A stretch of DNA of 64,000 nt from a virus, in the IMG/VR virus record IMGVR_UViG_3300027861_000017, positions 27,136 through 91,135 of that record; one strand, written 5' to 3'. A model generated the notes under the pieces. That model ran no database searches and was not told the DNA's origin. It saw nothing but the letters and a program-made list of their open reading frames with translations. How positions within the stretch are numbered: the stretch's first letter is position 1; the number at the start of each line of letters is the position of its first letter. Positions 23,179 to 37,567 of the stretch are shown here, in pieces. The position numbers and the translations under genes were made by a program.

Positions 23179-23652
23179 TCAACTCTCCTCCGCATGATGA
23201 TCTACATCGCCATCGTTTAATCTCTTAGCTGTGTTTAAAAATATTGCCGCTAATTCATCCGAATATCCGAATCTCTTTTGATTCATTAATATGCTCTTCA
23301 TTATATTGCCATCCTTGTATCTAAAACTAGCTGACTTCCAATCACATATCATTTCTATTAGATCAATTAGGTCCATGTCTTTTATACCGTTAGGGTGATA
23401 TTCTGGATGGTGGCTGTTATGTTTGTTATGATGATTAGCTCCAACTCTTGTCTTCTCTATGTATTGTTCATGTTCATCAGATCCGTAAGCGTAGGGTTTA
23501 TGAGTGTGTTTTTCGTATTCTTCTTTTTCGGGAGATTGTAGTTTAGTCTGATCGTGCTCCTCACCCCTAGTCATCAACTTTCTTATCACAAAATTAAGGT
23601 AGTTCCTAACTGTTTCCATGTGTCTTAAAGTCCTGAATTTAGATTCTGTCAT
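23179..23652 (-). CDS. HD-fold phosphohydrolase (DUF5662-like)
   Basis: HDQTKL, HHNKHNSHHPEY, MDLIDLIEMICDW. Confidence 0.75.
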   Translation of the reverse strand: MTESKFRTLRHMETVRNYLNFVIRKLMTRGEEHDQTKLQSPEKEEYEKHTHKPYAYGSDEHEQYIEKTRVGANHHNKHNSHHPEYHPNGIKDMDLIDLIEMICDWKSASFRYKDGNIMKSILMNQKRFGYSDELAAIFLNTAKRLNDGDVDHHAEES

Positions 23653-25487
23653 ATTATCTCCTCAAGATAAATTCCACAAATGTTTTTCGACCATTTGTTT
23701 AAACCCGTTATCATCTTTTATGTTTTTTGATAGATATTTTAAAGTATCATTTCTCCAGTAAATGTAATCTCCCTTAAATTCATACTCACCAATCAAGCAT
23801 CCCTTGATCATTAAAGTTTTCTCATATTCAAATGGAGATAAGGTATCGTACATTTCAAACTGACACTTTCTACATCGGCACAATACCCTCCATCTACCTC
23901 TCCTAATACGCTGTACTTGGGAAGTGTTGCAATATACGCATCTATTCATCTTCCGTTTCACCCCAAACTGTTACGGATGCATGCTTCATAGCATCTATTA
24001 ATAATAATATTAGTTCTGGATCGTCTAATTCTATAGTACCGGTGACAGCCCCACCTAAATCTTTCTGTTTAATCAATATATAATCATCGCCGTCTTCTAT
24101 ATCAAATGATCCATAACAATCGTTGTAGATTGTCCATTTAGTACCCACTGTATATTCTCTCATATCCCCATCCTTAAAAATAAGTTTCTATCCAACAAAC
24201 TTTCTTACCGGCCCAATTGCTATCTAATGGGGTGTCTGCCCAATCATACAAGTCTTCCATCGCATAATTAAAGTCAACTTGTTCAGCTTCCTCATCTTCG
24301 GCCATCCTCTCAAACTCATCTACTAAATTATCTCTCAACCATATTAGATCTTCGTCTAACCCTTTGTTAATATTAGACAATCTCTTAGCAATTGTACCAG
24401 CTAACTCCTGTACTGATATCTCGTAATCGTTTGCCTTATCCCATACGTCTGATAGGTCTAATTTGTTTATCCAGTTAGCCATTACATATCACCCCTCGTA
24501 CCTTATTTCTCCGTTATTATCTTCCCATTCTAATATGTGTTCATATCTTGAATTATCAGCACCACCAACCCACGCATCACATCTTAAGCAACGATCTTCT
24601 ATCCATATTTCTGGATATGGAACACCATGGTTAATATGGTAAGTAGTACTGCAACCACATTGAGGACAAAATACATAAGGCTTTATATCTACTATTTCAG
24701 ATCTATCTTCCTCATCTCTTATAATACGGACTGATTTAATTAATTCTTTTAGTTTTCTTTTATTTAGTTTTTTACCGAGTATCCTTTTCTTCAATTTTCT
24801 TGGTAATTTTTGCCCATAATGTGAATTATAATAATATTTATATTTAGCCATTTTATATTATTCCTCATAATAATCGTAACTAATCATTACTGCTTCCATC
24901 ATATTCCAAACCTGCTCGCCTTCACGTATTACTTTACTCATATCGCCAAGGCTAGTGATTACATTGTTCATTGCATGATTTAGTACATGTTGTTGTATAA
25001 ATTCTTTTTTAGTCATTATTTTCTCCTTTTTTGTTTTTAATATTATATTCCCATCTGGATGCCTAGCAATATCTATTTTTATATGATTGCATTCAGGGCA
25101 ACTAGCCACTAATGGGTACCCTTCATATGTACCAAACTCTTTTACATATTTACATTCATTCCCATCACCAACCCAATCGCAAGTTAAGCAATGCAATTTC
25201 ATATGTTTTATTCTTTGCGACATTCTATTACCTCCTTTCCAGTTACCACCACTGATCTTTCTTTTTAATTTGGGTTGAATAGTTTCTAGTATCTGGGCCA
25301 ACAGAAGTTGAATATGGCCATATATTAAAAAATTTACCAGCTTGTTTATGTGAATCTTCTATTGTCTCTGTAGCTTTAATTATTTTATCGTATAAAACCA
25401 AATCTTCTTCTGTCAAAAAATCTGGGTTTACATCTAATATAGAATTATACCATTGTCGCATTAAATCTAGTTCATGCTTCTGAAATT

Positions 25488-26081
25488 TTACCCCTTTCGA
25501 CATTCTATCCCATCCTTTTTAAATTTCTTCATAAGCTTCTTTTGTTCTGCTTCGCTATTGCATTCTACGATGATATCAAAGCATACCTCCTCGCCTTCTC
25601 CAGAACCCTCACTCCCACTATTGTCTTCTTCGTCCTTTGGTATCCAACACATTATATCTTCTATCTCATCATCATGAAATCCAGTAATACCTAAATTAAC
25701 ATTTTTACTATCTAAATCATTGAAAATATCTGCAAGTTTAGGATAGTCCCATTTGCCATCAATCTTATTTAGGGCTGCATTAAGTAACCTCTCATCATCA
25801 TCATCTAAATCTACAACTTTACAATCAACCTTAGTAAAGCCCAATTCAATCAACACCTTGAACGTTTGGTGCCCGCCTACTATATTACCAGATCTATCAT
25901 TAAAGCAAAGAACACCAACATGACCATATCTTTCTATGGAATTCTTTAGATCAATATAATCTTGATCGTCTGGCTGTAAATCCACACGGGGATTGTATGG
26001 ACTTGGGTTTATTTTATTAATGGATAATTTCTTAACCTTAGCTTTATCCATTATCTCTTTTAATTTCTCTTTAGTCTTCAT
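25488..26081 (-). CDS. ParB/Srx N-terminal domain protein
   Basis: INPSPYNPR, LKNSIERYG, IVGGHQ, LNAALNKIDGKWD; type usually found next to terS. Confidence 0.85.
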   Translation of the reverse strand: MKTKEKLKEIMDKAKVKKLSINKINPSPYNPRVDLQPDDQDYIDLKNSIERYGHVGVLCFNDRSGNIVGGHQTFKVLIELGFTKVDCKVVDLDDDDERLLNAALNKIDGKWDYPKLADIFNDLDSKNVNLGITGFHDDEIEDIMCWIPKDEEDNSGSEGSGEGEEVCFDIIVECNSEAEQKKLMKKFKKDGIECRKG

Positions 26082-28096
26082 ATTCCCACCTCTCGCAATT
26101 AATAACGGTACATTTAAGTTTTACTTCATCCACTATATTTGGTGGATTAGAGCACATGTCATTAAACCAATAACTCAATCCACTAAACTCTAGAGAATGA
26201 AACTTACAAGAACTACATGCTCTATTTTTAGGATCACTAACACATTCTCTTTCATGTTCCAATATTGCATCTTCAGACCCAGTACGATCACAAAAACCAC
26301 ATTTATACAAAATATGCATATTACTCCTCCAATATACATCTACATGGTTCTATTGCTATATGCATGTCTAAAAACTCATCCACATTAACGTTATACTCCA
26401 AAGTGTCTCCACACTCAGAACAGGTCATTGTTTCTATACTAAGACTTAAAGAACTCTTAAAATACTCTGCAATATCATTGTCAACTAAGTTATCTATATT
26501 ACTAAATAATACCTCTCTTAATCCCTCTATCATTTATTCCTTCCTCCAAACAGTAACTATTGTTTTGTATTTTCTATCATATACTACTACTAATTCTACA
26601 TCCCTAAACATTAATAAGTGTTGACATCTATTTGGGGATGTTCTTTTTATTGGAGTAGATATGCCCTCCTGTATTATATTAATTATCTCGTTGTATTCTT
26701 TATTGGTTATTATCCAACCTAATCTTTTAGAGAATCTTTTTTGAGCATGTAGTTTTTGACATTTAACATAAGACCTGCATTCGCCTCTAGGGATGCTATG
26801 GTTTTTATTTCTTTTTAATCTTTTCTTTACAATACCCATCACATTACCATCCCATCTGAATACTTAGTGGCTATAGGCTTATAATCTTTCGAGGCTGTCT
26901 TATCACACTTCTTGCATCTTATCTTGAGGATGATCTCGCTATGGAAAAATCTATCATCATACCCATCAGATTCTTGTTCGTTGTCACAATGTTCACACTT
27001 ATAGATAGCTGTAAAGTCTCTTCTATGTTGCCGTATAATCTCTTTTATATACATCTTGTATTATTCCTCCCTTTCGTCATCTATTATTTCTAAATCCCAT
27101 TGTGGTATATTTACATTATACTCTTCTTTATCTTTATGGCAATACACTATAATTTCTCCAGTATATGCATTGAATATTACAATATGACCCATGCTATACT
27201 ACACTCCTCCTAAATATAAACTTAACCCTCTCCCACCAGCTCATTCTCTCATAAGATACTAGAGTTTTAAAGGCTTCTCTGTATAACTCATCTAGTTGTT
27301 CTATTGTGTCTTTGTTATCGTCTATTGTAGTAGTCATATTATCGAATGTTTCGAAGGGTAGACCAACCGCTTTTTGTGCGTCATCATTCATACTAATGAC
27401 TATCTCTTCACCATCTGCGTTAGTAAATACCCTACCCTTTACCATGTCAGGAGTCATAAATACATCTTCATATAGTATAGGATCAAAGATGTATCTGTTA
27501 GCCATGTCTCTTATTTCTTTGGAGTCTTTATCGACCTTTATGACTTGTATTTTTCGTATGAGTATCATGATCTTAATCTGTTTATAGCATCTTCCATAGT
27601 TGGATGTTTCTCATACATTCTTCCCTCTCTTGAACTTCTCTTATGCAATAAAAGTTTCAACATGCCTGGACCACTAGGCTTTATCTCAAACCGGATCATT
27701 CTGTCATGAGCCATAATGACAGCATTAGTAAGAAGGTTAAAATCATATGTTGACCAACCATTATTGGTGCAATTAACCTCTATTCCATTAGGTCCACATT
27801 CTTTCACCTTACCGCATAGATGATGTTCTCCACCCACCAGATCGCAGATCATACCAAAACATTTAAATTGATTATCGCTCATCCAGGGATAATAATTATT
27901 TCTAATACTAACCATCCACTCATCTTTTGTTGTCATAATAAAGACCCCTTATCCACCATCTCTGTTATTGTTTGTCGCACCATATCTTCATAAAACAACC
28001 AATAGCTAACATTCTTTGCTACCCAATAAGACCCAAATATAAAAGATACTGCCAATAACAAAACCAATATAACTATTAATATCCCACCTAAATCTT

Positions 28097-28783
28097 TCAT
28101 AAATAATCCTCCACGTTTACTATTGTTAAAATACCATCCTCGAACACTCCACCAGTGTCTATATAAAGCTGATTCTCGAACAATAACGGCTCGTTAGACT
28201 TTATGGGTGTATGTCCAAATATGAATAAATCTGCACCCTCTATTCGTTTAGTTTTACCCCTTATAGATGAGTGTATTCTATTCCTATCCCACATAGCGTA
28301 ATGGGCATCACTGTAATCATCCTTACCCTTATCAAACTCGTATTCGTTGTATGGGTAATCTGAATGACATACTATAATCTTCTTACCTTTGAAATGAGCC
28401 TCTATAACAACTGGATAATTAACCGCATTCTCTATCAATTCCCTGGCGTGATCTTTCTTATCTTCTGGGAGTTGATCATACCATCCACCGCCATTCCCTT
28501 CCATTATCCATGTCTGTTTAGAGAACCAATCATCCCAAAATGATCTCATAGCCAAATCTTCGTGATTCCCTAATACAGGATGGAACCATTTCTTCTGGGC
28601 AAGTTCCATGCATTTTATGTTATCCTTGCCTCTATCAGCTAGATCACCAACAGATAACATAGTATCTTCTGATTTCTTAAATCCGACTTCTTTTAGTTTT
28701 TCTTGGAATTCGTCGTAGCATCCGTGGAGATCGCCAACAGCAAACAATCTGCCTTTTTTACGTCTTAGTCTTTTATATATCAT
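28097..28783 (-). CDS. Ser/Thr protein phosphatase (lambda NinI/PphA-like metallophosphoesterase)
   Basis: GDLHG, VGDLADRG, LGNHE, FGHTP, IDTGG. Confidence 0.92.
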   Translation of the reverse strand: MIYKRLRRKKGRLFAVGDLHGCYDEFQEKLKEVGFKKSEDTMLSVGDLADRGKDNIKCMELAQKKWFHPVLGNHEDLAMRSFWDDWFSKQTWIMEGNGGGWYDQLPEDKKDHARELIENAVNYPVVIEAHFKGKKIIVCHSDYPYNEYEFDKGKDDYSDAHYAMWDRNRIHSSIRGKTKRIEGADLFIFGHTPIKSNEPLLFENQLYIDTGGVFEDGILTIVNVEDYL

Positions 28784-29675
28784 CTTATCTCATCCAGTAT
28801 TTTATCAACAATTTCTCTAGCCTTATTATTATCATATTCATACAAAGCTTGTTTTAATTTATACATATCTCTAATTAAAAAACCAAAGATTTCTTCATTC
28901 AATCTTTTAGAAACTATTTTTTTCATATGCGGGAGATCTTCGTCAGTACATTTTACTTCTTGGCCCCATTTAGCACCAATATAATATTCATATAATCTCT
29001 TGTCTTCATCATGATAGGGTTGATAATCTTTGCTTTCTTCAGTAAATGGTTCTACTAATTCTGTAAGTTTTGGCAATAAATGTGTGTACAAATCTGATAT
29101 CAAATGAGCTTCTATATTTTTTATTAATTTATTCATGTGCTACCACTCCTCGAAATCAGTTAAATTTATCTTCTCACCACATAAACATTCTACTACAGCA
29201 CATACACCAAGACTTGTAGGTATAAACTTAAAGGCGTGTCTACCTCCTATAGCACCACCATCAGTATCGCAATGATCTTTCCATTCTAGGTATTTATCGT
29301 ATTGTTCCTTGGTTAATTCAAATATCATTGTATCACCATGTGTCACTCACGTTATGCCCACGTATTATTTGAGGTTCCCATTCGCCATACGTCATCTCAA
29401 CCCAACGCCAAGACGTTTCACCATTCTCATCATCCCCTATTCTATCTATAAAGCTATTCCTTAGCTCATCGTATTCGTCATCTGGGTATTGGCCGTAATT
29501 AGATCCATCCGGTAACATTACCACTGTAACATGCCCGTTCATTACTTCTGGAGCCACATAGAATAATTCTGGACAATCAGTCGATTTTATAAATTTTTTT
29601 ATACTTTCGACTTCTTTTTTATCACATGTAGTTGCTAATACGGCGTTGTGTTGTATAATCCCCATACCATCCCCC

Positions 29676-30215
29676 TTAAAGTTTCACAATCCTCAATGGC
29701 TTAGTAACACCACCGTTAAACTTACACGCTGCCTTTAACGCTGTCTTAACCCTGGCTTCTGGAGAATCCCAATCCTCAGATGTATACATGGACCCTAAAG
29801 CATATTCATTGCCCACACCTATGGATTCATACTTCAATACACCTTCTCCTACCTGATAATCGGAATCTATCTCAAACAACCTACTCTTATAGCCCACTAA
29901 CCATCTACCACCTTCCTCTCTCCCCTTAGAATCACTACCTGCATATCCACCTTCAGTAAAACATTCCCTAACTGAATCGACAAAATCAGTTACCATATAC
30001 CTCATAATACCCTTTTTACTTGATCTTTTGGGTGGTTTAAACTTATACCTTAATAATTGCCCCATTCTAAAAGAAGATGTAAATCCCATTATAAACTCGC
30101 CATTAGTGAATACCTTACTATCCTTCCTCTCTGTTATATTATAACCTTCTACCCCTGCTGAATCACCACCCATATACACTGTACCATTATCAACCAACCC
30201 AACTATGCAAGTCAT
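29676..30215 (-). CDS. HslV/proteasome-beta-like Ntn-hydrolase peptidase
   Basis: N-terminal MTCIVG (Thr nucleophile), MGGDSAG, SKVF, SIGVG. Confidence 0.8.
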   Translation of the reverse strand: MTCIVGLVDNGTVYMGGDSAGVEGYNITERKDSKVFTNGEFIMGFTSSFRMGQLLRYKFKPPKRSSKKGIMRYMVTDFVDSVRECFTEGGYAGSDSKGREEGGRWLVGYKSRLFEIDSDYQVGEGVLKYESIGVGNEYALGSMYTSEDWDSPEARVKTALKAACKFNGGVTKPLRIVKL

Positions 30216-30768
30216 ATTTATCCCTCATAATCTGGAAGATTGTCGAATTCCTCTTCTGTCATATATTCCATCGTGACCCTATAGTACTCATCTAGGGTGG
30301 ACCATGCATCTAACATTAATTCATATTCTGTTGGTTGGTAAAATGATTTGAGATTACTGCCACCTAAATCTAAACAATCTACTCTGTAATATGGTTTCTT
30401 CTCTTGTTTTGGAGGCTTGGAAGGCAGCATTGACCGGGCATACTCACCTTTTGGTAGCCATACATCTTCATTTAAAATTTTTTTAGGAGGTAAATCTGGA
30501 GGATCTGGCCACGGCCCTGGTGCTTCCATTTTATCCTTAGTAGTCTCACCCCATGTGACGGGGTCATTGAATATCCTAGATGTAGGTGGATCTCCCAATG
30601 TGCTAGTCCTGGGTTGATAGCCATCATGATTATCCCTATGCGGTATCTTAAATAAACCTTTAAACCATTTTAAATCAAACATATTTTACCCCAATTTAGA
30701 TGTTAGTATTTGATGATATACAAGAAGTATAGTTGCCCAGAATATTATGTACCCAGCTATTATATATT

Positions 30769-31425
30769 TCATAATCCAACCCTCATTTTAGCTATTTCTT
30801 CTACATATCCATATAAATGCAAACCATCACTAGCTGCAATCATAGGACCACATTTAACCCCTATCTCATCTGCCATATATTTCTGGAGAACAGCTATTGC
30901 TGCTAAATTTGCACTAAATGCCGTCCAAAGCTCCCAGGACCGCCATGCTAAATTGAACCGTAATTCATTGTCTATAATTTTAACAGTGATCATTCTAAGA
31001 CAGGGTGGATCTTTAAGCTTAAAGTCGTTTGGTTGTGCTACTTGCAATACTGCCTGATTAGTGTTGGGGGTTTTCTTTAAAATATCAATCCAATAGTTGA
31101 TCTGCTCATAAATCCTATTACCGTAGGAATAATCCTCCCCTGGCTCTACATTGTCTGTCATTATATAGGGTAGGTATTGTTCTATATATCCACCAGCTAC
31201 TGGATTTGGGATATTAAGATGAGCTGGTATTTGAGGCAGCATAGAGTCATATGGCTCCGAGTATGGCTTGTTTATTCTGATAACAATATACGGGTATTGC
31301 AACCTTGTTTCTCCTTCGTATGAACCGTGTTCTACAATATATTTTTCTCCGTTATCCCATATATTAAAGAGACATTGGAACCAAGCATCACTGATTGTTG
31401 TAGCCTCTATTGTAACCACCTTCAT
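30769..31425 (-). CDS. thyA: Thymidylate synthase family protein
   Basis: YSYGNRI, DPPCLR catalytic Cys, WRSWE, AN, GLHLY. Confidence 0.8.
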   Translation of the reverse strand: MKVVTIEATTISDAWFQCLFNIWDNGEKYIVEHGSYEGETRLQYPYIVIRINKPYSEPYDSMLPQIPAHLNIPNPVAGGYIEQYLPYIMTDNVEPGEDYSYGNRIYEQINYWIDILKKTPNTNQAVLQVAQPNDFKLKDPPCLRMITVKIIDNELRFNLAWRSWELWTAFSANLAAIAVLQKYMADEIGVKCGPMIAASDGLHLYGYVEEIAKMRVGL

Positions 31426-34400
31426 ATCACTCCCCCTTCTCTTCAAAGCATTCTTGTTTATCTGTGAATTTACTGATCAAGGCACCCTCTACGCCAAACC
31501 CTTTAGACCATTTGGTAGCCTTTTTAATAACTTCAGGTGTTAAAGCTCTATGGCAATCATCACCATGCTTGCATTCTTTGTAGAATTGGCAGAACCATTG
31601 GTCTCCATAAGATATGCACATTTATTTCATCCCCCTTAAGTATTTGATTAAGTCTATGTGTTCTTTTTGTAGCTCTATGTATTTATAGTATATGTCTATG
31701 TATTCTTTTTGTATTTTATTGGAGTAGTAGCAGAACCCTATGGGTATACAAGCTAATATGAGGAGAATTATTAATGCTCCCATATATTACTCCTCATCAT
31801 CTTCAAGTCTATGTACACCGAAAAGATCATAACGAGGTGGCACAATCCTACATTCCAACCACTCTTTACGACATTTATCACATAAAACCTTCACCCACGC
31901 AGATTTATCAGTCTTGCCAGCTTCCCCACACACCTCGCAAACTTTGTAGGATTTAGTACCGTATTCAATCACTAAATTTTGTATTACATTATAAAGCTCA
32001 CCTTTACTGGCCCACCTCCATATCCTATATTTCTTAAATAGCTTGCGCTCTATCTCCATTGGAAAATGTAGAATGGCGTAGAATATTTTCCTCCAAATAC
32101 CTATATCGTAAGTGTCATCTAAGTGGTAATAGATGGTCATCATACCAAACTTCTCTTTAACTTGATCCAACACAACACAATCATACTTATCAAGCTTACC
32201 TAATAGCTCATCAAATAAATCGTACCAGCCATCATCAAAGCATATTCCCCAATACATACATGTTTCTTGTGGTGACCCATCCGCATCCCGAAATAATTTA
32301 GGATATTTTTTAATTAATTTATCTTCTAATTCTGGATTCATTTATACCTCTATCGCACCATCATTAATTGTAACCACTCGTAAACTCCAGTCTTAGTCAA
32401 AGCCCAGTATATACAATATATCCAACTAAAAAAGAAATGTAATATACACCAAAGAACAGACTTATTAGCTATCCAAGATAGCACTACTGCTGATATGCTT
32501 CCTATCAACCCTATGTTATACCCATTATTATCACTCATCTCGTACCCTCTCCTTCCATCTCATCTAACTCTCTTTTTATTTTAGAATTAAGCCAAAATTC
32601 ATCAATACATATTTGTATATCACCTAATTGTCTAGCATAGCAATTGGCTCTGGCAGCTTCCCTGTATCCTTTTTCGACTAATTCAATCAATAATAAATTC
32701 TCAGCCTTAAGAGCTATATTGGATGCGTGTAGACCATTAATTACTTCCTTTTTCGTTGGGATCATACTCATTTTATTATACCTCATCTTCCGGCTCTAGC
32801 ACATACCCAAACTGTTCCTGCTCTTCTTTTGAAAGGTGGTCGAAAAGATCATACATAGCTGCGAATGGATCATCTCCTGTACCCATAGCATGGTGATATG
32901 AAGCTTTGAATGCATGGTCATTGTCGTTTGTAGCTCTTCTTGGTCTTATCTTTATCTCATTCATATTTTTCTCCTTTGAATATATTGTCATATTTCACCT
33001 TGGTCCAAAAATATGTCTTATAAATAGTTGACACGCCAGGGGAATCGCAAGAATCTAATTCCTTTGCAGGAAATTCACTGGGACCATAGTAATAACATCC
33101 ATCTATATCGTCTATAAAAATCTTTTTTTCGGCTCCTGAAAGAGTAATAAGTTCTTCAATTACATCCATCATATTTCCTCCATATCAATGCAACTTGCTC
33201 TTATCTGGTTTAGTACCACCACCCATAGCTTCTGACATCTTAACCAACATCTCTAGCATCCTTCCAAACCCTCCCGATAGAAGGGTTACGCCTGGGAGTC
33301 CTATGGTTCTAGCCAACATAACAGCATTATATACTGTATTAAACAGATCATTGCAATATCCATCCTTAGTATACAGAGCTATTATAGCACTTAAGTTACT
33401 GGTATCTAATTTATTATCCTTATTCAATTTTCTTCTCCTTTTCTGTATCTTCTTTTATCACGAATCCTATTTGCTTTTTGGGGCCATCAGCGTTTATCAT
33501 AATAGCCATATCTTCCATCTGAGCTAGTGTTAATTGTTTGTCCTTGTAATAATTAGTACAATCTTCTATTGGATCTTGAGCACTTAATCGCATCTCAAAG
33601 TCATAGCATCTAGCTCCCATATTACCCCATATGGTTTTATAACATTGAAGCTTTTGACAATCGTAGCATATGCCCAACACATCCTTATCGAATGCCGGTT
33701 TAACTTTATCTTCACCCCATGAGCTAAAGCCTAAGCGATTAGCACCTTGCCTTATCTCTTTTCTTTCTTTTTTTATAGGGTCTTCGGAATCACTATCAAA
33801 AAAATCATCAAAAAAGCTTTCTGTTCTTTTTACCATACACCCCTCACATTATTCCAATAACTTTCAAACGCATTATATACAGCATCAATTAATTCTCTAC
33901 CCCTCTCTTCTGACATAACCCAATTAGACCCATCCCATTTTATATTCGGCTCCTCTCCAGTTTCATCATATTTAATAGTGGCATCACATAGCTCTATGTG
34001 GTGTTTCTCGCAAAGAGAAAAAGTGTGTTCATCTTCGTTGTAAAACGAATCGTCAATTTTACCTCTAAAAAGTGGTATATATACCTTTATCTTCAATAGG
34101 TTTATGGAATTTACATGGAGCATCTAGGTCATCTATCTTGCGATCTTCTATATCAGCCCAACTGTTTATATTATTATTATCTGACTTACAATAAAACAAT
34201 TGATCTGTTTCACCAGTAGTAAGATCGGGTATCCATCTATAGCGCAATTTTCCACATGTATAGCAATTATTATCTGTCATTACGCAACCCTCTTACATTG
34301 TGTCCAATGAATGTTATCATTTGATTCCACAACTGTTTGCAACCATCTATCATATTTATAATCAGATTTTGTACTCCCATATGTAGCACAATTATATATC

Positions 34401-34962
34401 AATAATACTGGACTATTATCAGATAACTCAAAAAAATGATCTTCTTGATGTATTGATTTTAATTGTTTTATAAGATATTTAGCTTCACCATATGTACAAC
34501 CCCAATTCTGGAGGAACCCGCACAGGTTGTCATAATAATCCCACGGGTCGGGGGAATGGGCGGGGGTGGCAGCGGCGGCATGCTTGGAGATGGACTCAGC
34601 GTAATCCTTGCAGGGAAGATCGGGCTTTGTTATCTCGTGGTCTTCATACCATTTAAGAAGAAGGTTAGCATCGTTTGGCTTCTTACCTCTTATATTGCAA
34701 TAGTACCTTTTCTGGTTCTCTGTATACAATCCCTTGCATGTGTGGCAATTCTTTTTAGTCATCATTCCCCTCTAGTGTGTATATGGTCTCAAATTGGCTT
34801 ACCCTCATACTTGATCTAGTCCCAGTCTTCAGGTATTCATATTGTACATATCCATCTAGGATTTGGATTGTTCTGACTTTTTTTACATCAGTATTGAATG
34901 GGTCTCTATTGTTTAATATGTAAATCTTTTCAGCCTTTATCATAGTTACACCTCTAATATTT

Positions 34963-34992
34963 AATTTACCACAATACGGTTTAATAAGTCAA
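34963..34992 (-). promoter_or_regulatory. Sigma70-type promoter
   Basis: TTGACT-18-TAAATT with TG extension, directly after a terminator. Confidence 0.55.
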
Positions 34993-35013
34993 TATATTTC
35001 TTATATGTAGTAT

Positions 35014-35040
35014 AAATAAAATAGGGGGCGTTTAGCCCCC
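35014..35040 (-). terminator. Rho-independent terminator
   Basis: G/C-rich hairpin followed by TATTTTATTT. Confidence 0.7.
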
Positions 35041-37567
35041 ACACATCAAAAATATTTTCCCCACTCTCTCACACTCTCATTAGCCGTCTCTCCATCGCAT
35101 TTAAGCCACTCAGGTCATCACTATATACACTCTTATATGCCGGAACTTCGACGAAGTTATCACTAAACATCTTCAAAGGCTTTGGATGAACTATATCCAT
35201 CGTTGATTCCATTCTCTTTATAGCCTTCGCAGCTCTTCCCTTTGCTATGGTTCTACCCTCTTTCTTATTGGGCATGTCTAGATCACTTGCTACTGCTATC
35301 CCCCTGAAATACTCATTAGACTCATAGTTTACTATCAAGCATACCGTTATTGCCGGTCTGTTCTGTTCGTCTCTTAGATAGTAATAGTATTCCTTTATTT
35401 TTACTGACTCACTCATTGTTCTTCTCCTTCTTTATTGGTTAATGTAGTTACTCTTGCCTGTTATTGATCATCTTCATCAAAATCGTCAAAGACCCATGGC
35501 TCGTGCCCCCTATCCTTCTTTGTTATTATAGGCTTCAATACATCAGTATATCTTCCTAACCATGATAAATAAGCAGGGAATGCTAACTCCTCTTCTCTGT
35601 CATCCATTACATTGTCACACTCTTCTGGATCAATATAGGATAAGCCTATTAACATATCTCTTAGGTGTCCTATATCACTAGAGGGTATTGTAACATCCTC
35701 TCCGTTAATGTCAAGTTTTATTTCTTTTAGTTTGATCATATCTAGGGCCATCTTCTGTGAGCTTCGTGTATCTCTTCATAACCATCGTATTCATCTATTA
35801 CCCATTCAACGCCATCTGGGATATTAATTATTCTTACTTCAGCGTATTTACCATTAGATTGTTCTTCCCCAACTTTCTCTATTGCTGCTATAAGTTTTGG
35901 ATAAGCACGATATCTATAATTATAATCATCCTCAATGGCAAATGATTCATTTCTTAATTTACCATAACCGTCCCAAGGTATCCCCAACTCATTAAACAAA
36001 GCCTCACTTAAACCAAACCCACCGTAACATCTATTTATAGCTATCTTCATATCTACTCCCCCTGTGGATATTCCCCTAATCACATTCCGGCACATATAAT
36101 CCACATCATCCATACGTACCAAAAAACAATGAAATTAGCCAAAGCCAATCCGCATAACCCAATAAAAATGCCTATAGCTCTTACATATTTATTCATCCCT
36201 ATATTCCTCTTCAACGTCAACTCGTAGTGTGCTCCAGAATGTATATCATACACTATTTATCCATCTACTGTAGCTCATTAGACTCTTCCTTTAATAGCTT
36301 ATTAACAACCCTAGTTGCCCTTAGCTTTAAAATATAATTATCTTCATTGACTTTATTTTCCAATAAAGCTTTCTTAAACCAACCGCTATAATATACTTCC
36401 CTGCTATTATATGTAAGCATTACGCTTAAACGTATCCAATCACCATCAGTCTTTATTTCTCTATATGTGAGGTTTTCGATATCATCAGTTGTTATTGATT
36501 TTATCCTCATTCCTCCAACTCCTCAGCATCATAAAGCACGTCTGGTTCTGCGCTTATTCTGAACTTCTTACCATTAACTGTGATTACAACACTATCGTCC
36601 ATAAGATAATAGTCATTCTCACAATTAGAGCGTTCTGCATACTCCAAGGCAGCATCTTCCTCATCCATTGCGTACCTCTCATATTCATCGCCATCCTCAT
36701 TTATGATTGCGAATAATTTGCAATGACATTTAGTTACACGATCAAGTCTATATTTTCCACATTTATCACATCTCCACATATTAATGATACCCCCCTTTGT
36801 AACCCAAAGCTAATGGTCCCCTATAGATTTCCTTCCCAGTGCCACCACAAGCACCACATGGCGGTGATCCGTTGTTATCATAATAGCCAGACCCGTTACA
36901 TGCTGTGCAAGCTCGTAGCCTCCACCCATATACAAACCTATCAAAATATTCTTTTCTTTCTGCTTTACGCTCTTTCCAGGTCAAACTGTGCCTCTTATAT
37001 ATCATATATCGTAATAGAAGTCTAGACGTTTCTGTAAGCTATTAAACCTCTTGAATAGTCTAGCCCTTGTTAGGGGTTTGTCTCTAGCCTCTTCGTATGC
37101 ATCTTCTATCTTCTCTAGGATCTTTAGTTTCCAATTATCATGAGGTCTTATTCCTGACTGAACATACCAATGTCCTCTTCTCCAGGCTGTGCCGAGCTTA
37201 CTACTGTTCCATATTCTTATGGGAGTAGGTAGTGACTCTATGTAGTGATTATCACATAACTTGAGGTTGGGTTTCTTTTTAAGTATGTCTGGGTCTTTAA
37301 GTCTTCTTTTCATCTATCCCTCCATTATAATTATCACATATCCCATATTCATCTATAGGACAAGGGTGTTTTGGGTCTATATTGCAATAATAATCCATTA
37401 CTTGGCACCCTGGATTGTAGCTTTCGATTACATATATACAACTAAAACACTGTGGTGCTTCTCTTTTGTAATTGGGTCGTTTATCTGCCATCCAATCTAC
37501 CACTCCTCCTTTATCGTGCAATATACGCAATATATTATGCAATTATTGCATATTGGTGGTATATTAG

